A stretch of 64,000 bases of DNA, taken from NCBI GenBank assembly GCA_964016885.1, contig OZ024765.1, positions 9,486,001-9,550,000 of the forward strand. The letters are read 5' to 3'. A program made the translations under genes and the position numbers. Within the stretch, counting starts at the first letter, position 1; the number at the start of each line of letters is the position of its first letter. The notes below the pieces were generated by a model that saw nothing but the letters and a program-made list of their open reading frames with translations, had not been told where the DNA came from and did no database searches. This document shows, piece by piece, positions 56,580-64,000 of the stretch. This DNA is from Eledone cirrhosa. Lineage: Eukaryota.

Positions 56580-59500
56580 AAAAAGAAGCATATAGACAGT
56601 ATGTATCTTAGTAATTCGACAAAAAGAAAAAAGCTTGATAAAAAAATTAGTACTGGAGTTAATAAACCAAGGCAGTAAAACAATAAAATATATCATGCTC
56701 CAGCAAGGCCGCAGTCTAATGACTGAAACCAGTAAAAGAATAAAAGAATACATCAATGAAGAAAAAATTATAAATGAGACTGATACATACTGGCTCTGTC
56801 CATCGTTTCTCTGGAGGAACAGCTGTGTTGGGGTCAATGGTTGTGAAATGTTTCAAATAATTGTTATTTATATAGTCAAGGTGATCTTCAAGGGGGAAAT
56901 TTCCATATGTAATGAACCTAGAAGAAGATATGTATGTATCATCATCATTATTTAAACCAGAGGTTCTCAAACTTTTTGAGCGACCACCCCCATCACAACC
57001 ACGTAATACCTTCAGTGCCATGTAACACTATTTCCAGAGAGACCTGTCTACATGCAAATTGTAAAGAATCATGTGTCTAACACACGTGGACATGCCCACA
57101 AAGTAAGAAAACAGCACAGTTCCCATGACTTTCGGAAACATTTTTTTACGCTCAGAGTTGCTGAAGCATGGAACAAACTACCTGCATCAGTTGTTAGCTG
57201 TCGAGACACTGCATCCTTTAAGGCCTCCATGGAACAAACTACCTGCATCAGTTGTTAGCTGTCAAGACACTGCATCCTTTAAGGCCTCCATGCTTCCCGA
57301 GATCCGCCAACACTACAGCTAACACATACACACATGTACTTCCCTGACATTTGTATATTATTCTATGTACTATATTGACGAGTTGTAGTGCACCTGAGCA
57401 CTTTACACAATAATTTCATTATTATTATTATTATTATTATAATAATAATAAAGGGAGGTGTGCGGGACTGGGTCCTGAATATATTTTTTTATCCCGTTAG
57501 TAAAATAAGTTGGATTACTTTGAATAAATAATAAATGAATATTACATAATTTATTTACTAAAATTCGTAGCTGTTGATTAAACATAAATATTCTTATATA
57601 TAATGATTGCTTATTTTAAAATTCACTTCTTTAAAAGTTTTCAAATGTCAACACATCCGGTTAGTGTGGACTGGGTGCTTTTTGTCATGACACCTACACA
57701 ACCACATTTACAGTGTGAACTGGGTGCTGAGAGAGAGAGAGAGAGAGGGGGGGGGGGGGTAGAGCAACGACAAATGGTTAAAGAGTTCACTTCACAATTA
57801 TTTTACCATTATCATCATCATCATTATCATTTTACGTCTGCTTTTCCTTGTTTGCAAGGGTGGGATGGGTCCTTTGCAGTACAGCATCTCTCCATTTGTC
57901 TCGGCCCCTCGTCATCTCATCTGTGAGCTTCAGCGATTAGAGGTCAGCTCTCACCACCTCCACCCATGTTTTTACCAGTAAAAAAATAAAGGAGTGTAGT
58001 ACCCCAGCATGGCCACAGTCAAATGACTGTAACTAGTAAAGAAAAATAAAAGAGCAGTGAAGAAGATTGTCTTACTTTGAGTTGCTTGGGTGGTAATGAC
58101 TTTGATGGAAGTTAACAAGATCTTTCCAGGTGAGATCAGGTATAAATGCTGGGTCACCACCACTAACAACGCCATAAGTGTGGCTAGGGTACAGCTTGTT
58201 CTCCATGGCTTGATTGTAGATGTTCTGGTTACTGGACTGGATTGGGGAAGAGATATATATATATATAGTGAGAGAGGAGGCTAATGTGAGGAGAGAGGGG
58301 GCTAATGTGAGGAGAGAGGGGGCTAATGTGAGGAGAGAGGGGGCTAATGTGAGGAGAGAGGGGGCTAATGTGAGGAGAGAGGGGGCTAATGTGAGGAGAG
58401 AGTGGGCTAATGTGAGGAGAGAGGGGGCTAATGTGAGGAGAGAGGGGGGCTAATGTGAGGAGAGAGGGGGCTAATGTGAGGAGAGAGGGGGCTAATGTGA
58501 GGAGAGAATGGGCTAATGTGAGGAGAGAATGGGCTAATGTGAGGAGAGAGGGGGCTAATGTGAGGAGAGAGGGGGCTAATGTGAGGAGAGAGGGGGCTAA
58601 TATGAGGAGAGAGGGGGCTAATGTGAGGAGAGAGGGGGCTAATGTGAGGAGAGAGGGGGCTATTGTGAGGAGAGAGGGGGCTAACATGAGGAGAGAGGGG
58701 ACTAAGTGAGGAGAGAGTGGGCTAATGTGAGGAGAGAGGGGGCTAATGTGAGGAGAGAGGGGGCTAATGTGAGGAGAGAGGGGGCTAATGTGAGGAGAGA
58801 GGGGGCTAATGTGAGGAGAGAATGGGCTAATGTGAGGAGAGAATGGGCTAATGTGAGGAGAGAGGGGGCTAATGTGAGGAGAGAGGGGGCTAATGTGAGG
58901 AGAGAGGGGGCTAATATGAGGAGAGAGGGGGCTAATGTGAGGAGAGAGGGGGCTAATGTGAGGAGAGAGGGGGCTATTGTGAGGAGAGAGGGGGCTAACA
59001 TGAGGAGAGAGGGGACTAAGTGAGGAGAGAGTGGGCTAATGTGAGGAGAGAGGGGGCTAATGTGAGGAGAGAGGGGGCTAATGTGAGGAGAGAGGGGGCT
59101 AATGTGAGGAGAGAGGGGGGGCTAATGTGTGGTTCTATGATACAACGCTGTTCGTATTTATAAAAAAAACTGTAGTTGCTCCTCACCTTGAGCAGATAAA
59201 TCTTTCACCTTCAACAGTAAAGAATACACAAAAGAACAGGGCAAGATGGAAGACAAAACAATTGGTAAACAGGAAGAATAAGGAGAAGAAAGTTTCTGAA
59301 GGACTTACAAAAACACCCTTCATCTCATTGAATACAACCCCTTTGAAGATGATAGGGGAATCTGGATTCTGGAGGTCTTGGTGTTCCAGTCTCCAGCCTT
59401 CTTGACTGCAATAACAAATATAATTCACAATATCATATATATATATATATGTGTGTATGAGTGTGTGTGTGTGTATATATATATATATGTGTGTATGAGT

Positions 59501-59802
59501 GTGTGTGTGTATATATATATATATTAATTCAAAATATTAACAAAAATAGACATTCATGTGATCAAGTATTTTTTATTATACATATTTCAGAGGTACTGAG
59601 CTATCTTCAACAGTACGTCCTCATCAGATAAAATAAGATGATGCATGACATACCCTGACTAAGTAGATGGTTAAAATTCAGTCATTTTTGTTAATATTTT
59701 TAATTAATATTAATAACTCCGGAAAACCAAATTCTGTGGAGTGCTTCTAATCTATTGTAAAACTTTATTCTTTGATTTATTCATTGAACCTTGTTTAACC
59801 TT

Positions 59803-59850
<48 letters not shown>

Positions 59851-60315
59851 TATATATATATATACATATCACATAAGAAACGGAGAATCAGTGGTGCAAC
59901 GAATTAAAATTTATTAGACATATTACAATCGTTTCTTTGGCGACCAGCTCGAGGCACGATCGATGTAATGATCGAACCTGACTCTGAAATCGCAAGATCC
60001 TCAGATACGTCTCGATTCTTCGAAGCAGAGTTTCCAAACTCTGGAAGTTTCCAAACATTTGGAAACTCTGCTTCGAAGAATCGAGACGTATCTGAGGATC
60101 TTGCGATTTCAGAGTCAGGTTTGATCATTGCATCGATCGTGCCTCGAGCTGGTCGCCAAAGAAACGATTGTAATATGTCTAATAAAATTTAATTCGTTGC
60201 ACCACTGATTCTCTGTTTCTTATGTGATATTATACTCTGCTCTGTAAGAGCATCGAGTGCTCAAACGGCCTACCGCATACGGAAGCTTTAAGCATCCCAC
60301 ACCAATTATATATAT

Positions 60316-60390
<75 letters not shown>

Positions 60391-61297
60391 TATTAGGATG
60401 GCCCTTATTTTTAAACTTTCTACCCTATCTTGTTCCAATTAACAAAAAAACAATCTATGCAAAATTTTAGCTCAAGTGGACAACTGCAAAGCCGTGAAAG
60501 TTTGAAGTTTTCGCCTAGAAAGTCATTTTTTTAGATAAAAATTTTTTATCTCTTATATAATTTTCTCTTAAATTAAAAGCTTGTTCAAACTTATTCTTGG
60601 TATTAGAAGGATAAGTGTCAATAAATATAATGAGGTAGGCAACTTGCAAAGCTGGGGACTGAGCGCAGGTATAGGGCAAACACCTATTTTTCGGTGTGGG
60701 AGCAGCATAATTTTAACTTTCAGAAAATTACCTATTGCTAAGGGCCACCCTAATATACATATATCCGTATGTGGTTGACAGCTGAGACAAATGAGTACTT
60801 GGTATTGAGTAATATATACATATATTTACAGCATGTACTGAGTGCATTTGTCATGTAATTCCCCAAAACTAGGGAGGTTGTCATGGCCCTGACACAACTG
60901 AACATTTTTTATTATTTTCAAAATTATTTGAAAATCATAGCCAGAAGATTTCATTAGAAATATGGTAATAAAAGGGGTAAAGAGCTGGAAAAACAGGGTA
61001 CTAGAGGAGCATGTTCAAACATTTCTCACCTGAAGTCGAGTTCTCGTAATTGAGGGTGGAAGACAGCATCAAGGTAGATTGATAGCAGGTTTTTAAAGTC
61101 TTGCTGGTTCTGGGTTGAAAATGGGTATATAGTCCAGTCACTTGCTATATATATATATATATATGTGTATATATTATATATATATTATATATATGTGTTA
61201 TGAAAAAGAAGAGATACAGTATCATATATACATTCTTAGCTTATTACATCATTGGTCAATTGCTTGATCAACCAACATGATTACTTGGACTGATGTG

Positions 61298-61345
<48 letters not shown>

Positions 61346-62380
61346 TATATATATATACACACATATACACATATATACATTGGAGGCATATGGCTTAGTG
61401 GTTAGAGCATTGGTCTTGCAATCGAAAGGTTGTGAGTTCAATTCTCAGACCGGCTGATGTGTTGTTTCCTTGAGCAAGACACTTTATTTCACATTGCTCC
61501 AGTTTACTCAGCTGTAGAAATGAGATGATAGGGACTGGGGTCCCTATCATTCCACTGCAAAGTGGTCGTGGAGGTGCCATGGCAAAAAAAAAAGCACCCA
61601 GCACTCACTGTAAATGAGGTTGGTGTTAGGAAGGGCATCCAGCTGTAGAAATCAAGCCAGAATCAGTTCCCGTCCCACCCTTGCAAGCAGGGAAAAAGTG
61701 GACATAAAATGAAATGATGATGATGATGATGACATATACACACATATATATATATACACACACATACACATATACACACATACATATACACACACATACA
61801 TATATATACATATATACATATACACATATATATACATACATATATACACACATACATATATATATATACATATATATATACATTTATATATATATATACA
61901 TATATATATACACACACATACATATACATATATACACATACATTTACATATATATATATATACACACACACATATATATATACACACAGTAAAAGAACAT
62001 AAGCCTAAATCCATTCAAGTCAGTGCCCCAGCATGGCCAGTCTAATAACTTAAACCAGTAAAAGGATACAATCATGGCTATGCCCCAGCATGGCCACAGT
62101 CTAATGACTGAAACCAGTAAAAGAATACAAGACTAAAACCCTTCAAGGTGGTGCCCCAGCATGGCCACAGTCTAATGACTGAAACCACTTATAGAATAAG
62201 AAACTACCAAAATATGAGATATACATACCTGTCATAGCATTCATAAACGTAGCCAGGGATCTATTGAGCATCTTGAAGAACGGGTCCCGTACGGGAAACT
62301 TCCTGGAACCACACAGGACGGTGTGTTCCAGAATGTGGGGTACTCCGGTGCTGTCCATTGGAGTTGTACGGAACATAACA
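27543..62380 (-). CDS. PITRM1: Presequence protease, mitochondrial (pitrilysin metallopeptidase 1, M16C); 24 coding exons, 5' end outside window
   Basis: Manually spliced GT-AG exons with consistent phases give [26 protein letters not shown] (HxxEH zinc motif), [58 protein letters not shown], ending DPTWNILKS*. These are hallmark PreP/Cym1 motifs. Confidence 0.97.
28577..28710 (-). CDS. PITRM1: PITRM1 exon
   Basis: [44 protein letters not shown]. Confidence 0.93.
28755..29822. repeat. Compound CAC/CAA/CAT trinucleotide-based minisatellite filling a PITRM1 intron
   Basis: ACCACAACAACTACCACAATAACCATC-type units. Confidence 0.92.
29844..29958 (-). CDS. PITRM1: PITRM1 exon
   Basis: [38 protein letters not shown]. 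Confidence 0.94.
29978..31270. repeat. ~21 x 60-bp tandem array made of the piggyBac-type MITE terminus
   Basis: TTAACCCTTTAGCATTTACATTACTCTATATTTACTATT... with period 60. Confidence 0.92.
32336..32404 (-). CDS. PITRM1: PITRM1 exon
   Basis: [23 protein letters not shown]. Confidence 0.94.
32593..32646 (-). CDS. PITRM1: PITRM1 exon
   Basis: [17 protein letters not shown]. Confidence 0.92.
32688..33702. repeat. Purine-rich ~60-bp tandem array with a ~180-bp higher-order period
   Basis: AAGAAAGAATCAAACAATCATAGACAGACAGGAAGGAAGTAAGGAGG... repeated. Confidence 0.9.
33771..33883 (-). CDS. PITRM1: PITRM1 exon
   Basis: [37 protein letters not shown]. Confidence 0.93.
33903..37952. repeat. ~88 x 46-bp intronic minisatellite with two main variants
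   Basis: TAGAGTCAGTGGTGGTGGTCACTAGGT(CCTAGACT/CTCAAACG)GGTCAG(G/T)TTAC. Confidence 0.97.
38750..38858 (-). CDS. PITRM1: PITRM1 exon
   Basis: [36 protein letters not shown]; phase fits both neighbours. Confidence 0.88.
38908..40700 (+). mobile_element. 5'-truncated CR1-clade LINE with intact RT domain ORF (38953-40602), antisense in a PITRM1 intron
   Basis: [42 protein letters not shown] motifs; (TTCAAAGTTA)n 3' tail; no endonuclease domain. Confidence 0.93.
41234..41334 (-). CDS. PITRM1: PITRM1 exon
   Basis: [34 protein letters not shown]. Confidence 0.92.
41970..42135 (-). CDS. PITRM1: PITRM1 exon
   Basis: [55 protein letters not shown]. Confidence 0.93.
43630..43706 (-). CDS. PITRM1: PITRM1 exon
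   Basis: [25 protein letters not shown]. Confidence 0.92.
43795..44620. repeat. ~17 x 48-bp tandem array derived from a SINE segment
   Basis: AAAAAGCACCCAGTCCACACTGTAAAGTGGTTGTGTAGGTGTCACAAC. Confidence 0.92.
46127..46356. mobile_element. piggyBac-type MITE (TTAA-CCCTTT...AAAGGG-TTAA); related copies at ~21945-22140, 26230-26430, 27675-28022 and 54540-54735
   Basis: Terminal inverted CCCTTTA(G/A)CATTTA with TTAA flanks. Confidence 0.78.
46500..46620 (-). CDS. PITRM1: PITRM1 exon
   Basis: [40 protein letters not shown]. Confidence 0.93.
46670..46892. mobile_element. hAT-type MITE, short copy of the same family
   Basis: Same TIR, TSD ATACAGAA/ATATAGAA, only ~2 internal units. Confidence 0.8.
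47561..47693 (-). CDS. PITRM1: PITRM1 exon
   Basis: [44 protein letters not shown]. Confidence 0.92.
49042..49158 (-). CDS. PITRM1: PITRM1 exon
   Basis: [39 protein letters not shown]. Confidence 0.92.
50340..50478 (-). CDS. PITRM1: PITRM1 exon
   Basis: [46 protein letters not shown]. Confidence 0.93.
51120..51545 (-). mobile_element. Non-LTR retrotransposon 3' fragment (C-terminal Cys/His region)
   Basis: [12 protein letters not shown]...KWGY...CNCG..QTTLHLL; (GAA)n tail. Confidence 0.65.
51666..51800 (-). CDS. PITRM1: PITRM1 exon
   Basis: [45 protein letters not shown]. Confidence 0.94.
51995..52091 (-). CDS. PITRM1: PITRM1 exon
   Basis: [32 protein letters not shown]. Confidence 0.93.
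52135..52468 (+). mobile_element. Second copy of the 10260 family, hammerhead 52366-52436
   Basis: TATTTTAT-CTGATGA-hairpin-GAAA TGCAC ATA-ATAAAATA. Confidence 0.72.
53277..53390 (-). CDS. PITRM1: PITRM1 exon
   Basis: [37 protein letters not shown]. Confidence 0.93.
54071..54533. mobile_element. MITE with 13-bp TIR and internal 10-11-bp periodic repeats
   Basis: TACAACCTCACAC ... GTGTGAGGTTGTA; internal CCGGAAATAA/CCGAAAACAG/CCGGAGATAC. Confidence 0.7.
54780..54908 (-). CDS. PITRM1: PITRM1 exon
   Basis: [43 protein letters not shown]. Confidence 0.94.
55638..55726 (-). CDS. PITRM1: PITRM1 exon
   Basis: [29 protein letters not shown]. Confidence 0.92.
56791..56917 (-). CDS. PITRM1: PITRM1 exon
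   Basis: [42 protein letters not shown]. Confidence 0.94.
57045..57440 (+). mobile_element. CR1-type LINE 3' end with small tandem duplication
   Basis: TRGHAHKV...[21 protein letters not shown]; (ATT)n tail. Confidence 0.75.
58076..58236 (-). CDS. PITRM1: PITRM1 exon
   Basis: [53 protein letters not shown]. Confidence 0.95.
58268..59128. repeat. ~40 x 21-bp G-rich minisatellite
   Basis: GCTAATGTGAGGAGAGAGGGG; includes a 314-bp sub-duplication. Confidence 0.95.
59309..59405 (-). CDS. PITRM1: PITRM1 exon
   Basis: [32 protein letters not shown]. Confidence 0.95.
59523..59808 (-). mobile_element. Penelope-like element with hammerhead 59571-59633
   Basis: TTTTAT-CTGATGA-GGACGTACTG..CAGTACCTCT-GAAA TATGT ATA-ATAAAA; short inverted arms and tail. 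Confidence 0.65.
59867..60308. mobile_element. Penelope-like element with ~175-bp inverted arms, each containing a hammerhead (59916-60012 minus; 60084-60180 plus), plus tail
   Basis: AGACGTAT-CTGAGGA-long stem II-GAAAC GATT GTA-ATATGTCT on both strands; related copy 16326-16596. Confidence 0.75.
60393..60753. mobile_element. TA-flanked MITE
   Basis: TIR TTAGG(A/G)TGGCCCTTA ... TAAGGGCCACCCTAA. Confidence 0.65.
61030..61144 (-). CDS. PITRM1: PITRM1 exon
   Basis: [38 protein letters not shown]; AG/GT flanks. Confidence 0.94.
61382..61732 (+). mobile_element. tRNA-derived SINE family 2, full length; other copies at 48456-48790(+), 52490-52818(-), 56195-56520(-), partial at 9390-9550, 22405-22560 and 42435-42768
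   Basis: TGGCTTAGTGGTTAGAGC...GAGTTCAATTCTC...CCTTGAGCAAGACAC...GGAAGGGCATCCAGCTG...CTTGCAAGCAGGGAAAA..(GAT)n. Confidence 0.85.
62229..62380 (-). CDS. PITRM1: PITRM1 exon (HILEH zinc-binding motif)
   Basis: [51 protein letters not shown]; AG/GT flanks. Confidence 0.96.
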
Positions 62381-63420
62381 CTATGGAGAACGATGTTGAT
62401 AGAAAGAAAAAAAATTTTATGATGAATTTTTCAAATGATTTTCATTAATGTAAGGAGCCTTATATCTTAACTAGCACAGGGCCTCATTTCTCCTAAACCT
62501 GGCACTGATGAGGTCACACCAAAATATCGTGAACATGAGTTTATGATTTGTGAAGGGGTCACACCCAAATATCATGAACAGAACCTTACTATATGTGATA
62601 GGGGTCACATACAAATATCGTGAACAGTAGGTTATGATTTGTGAAGGGCTCATATCCAAATATCAAAAACAGAAGTTTATAATTTGTGAAGGGGTCACAC
62701 ACAAATATTGAGAACAGACCCCTTATCATTGATGATGGGGCCACACCCATGTATAATGAATAGAAGTTTAATATTTGTGATGGGGTTACATCCAAGTATC
62801 ATGAACAGAAGTTGTCATGTAGCTGTCATGGCAAAAGCACCCAGTCCACTCTGTAAAGCGGTCGTGTAGGTGTCATGACAAAAAGCACCCAGTCCACACT
62901 GTAAAGTGGTCGTGTAGGTGTCACAACAAAAAGCACCCAGTCAACACTGTAAATGTGGTTGGCATTAGGAAGGGTATCCAGCCATTGAAAACCAGCCAGA
63001 AACAGTTCTATACGAGTGAGACAAGAGCACCCGACTCAACTTGCCTCAAATGGGACAAACCCATCTAATCCATGCTAGCGTGGATGATAGACGTTAAATA
63101 ATGATGATGATGATTCCATAGATTACTCAGCCAGCCCTTTTCTATGAACTGATGCCCTTAATATCCACTCTTTTTCTCCCTCTCTGTCTCTCACAGCTCT
63201 CCTGAGCTCCACTTCTCATGCCATCCAACCTCAAACATCCAATAAGACCTAAATTGATCAACCTCCTCATAGTGGGCCCTAGAAACTGAAGCCAAAATCA
63301 GTTCTGTATGAGCAAGACATGGTCATCTGATCTGACTTGTCTCATAACAGGAAAACTCATCTAACCCATGCTAGCATGAAAAAAATGGATGTTAAATGGT
63401 GATGATGATAATGATGTTCT

Positions 63421-64000
63421 CTGATCTCAGTCAGGTGAACAACAACCTGAAATATCTTATACACAAGAAGAGAAGTCACATTGATCTCAGTCAGGTGAAC
63501 AACAACCTGAAATATCTTATACACAAGAGAAGTCACATTGATCTCAGTCAGGTGAACAACAACCTGAAATATCTTATACACAAGAGAAGTCATATTGATC
63601 TCAGTCAGGTGAACAACAACCTGAAATATCTTATACACAAGAAGAGAAGTCACATTGATCTCAGTCAGGTAAACAACAACCTGAAATATCTTATACACAA
63701 GAAGAGAAGTCACATTGATCTCAGTCAGGTGAACAACAACCTAAAATATCTTATACACAAGAGAAGTCACATTGATCTCAGTCAGGTAAACAACAACCTG
63801 AAATATCTTATACACAAGAAGAGAAGTCACATTGATCTCAGTCAGGTGAACAACAACCTAAAATATCTTATACACAAGAGAAGTCACATTGATCTCAGTC
63901 AGGTGAACAACAACCTGAAATATCTTATACACAAGAAGAGAAGTCACATTGATCTCAGTCAGGTGAACAACAACCTGAAATATCTTATACACAAGAAGAG
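63421..64000. repeat. 57/60-bp tandem array running off the window end
   Basis: TGATCTCAGTCAGGTGAACAACAACCTGAAATATCTTATACACAAG(AAG)AGAAGTCACAT. Confidence 0.93.

Overview
Eukaryotic, AT-rich, microsatellite- and transposon-dense animal DNA. The SINE repertoire and (TA)n load suggest an octopod cephalopod, but this is inference. The right 60% holds 24 minus-strand coding exons of PITRM1/PreP (mitochondrial presequence protease, M16C), from the HxxEH exon to the stop codon; the first exons lie beyond 64000. Its introns contain tandem arrays, SINEs, MITEs and a young CR1 LINE. The left part carries two divergently oriented, single-coding-exon orphan ORFs (3921-6230 minus; 19579-20109 plus). Aligned by eye they share a TM-Cys...YxPxL...Cys-TM module, so they look like paralogues of a membrane protein family I cannot assign. 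An interstitial TTAGGG/CTAGGG array with regular 33-bp spacers lies between them. Several families of short elements inserted in (TA)n have inverted arms plus a tail, and several carry type I hammerhead ribozyme folds (Penelope-like). Also present: decayed mariner, CRE-clade and RTE fragments (one 5'-inverted with TSD), hAT- and piggyBac-type MITEs, and a tRNA-Glu fragment.
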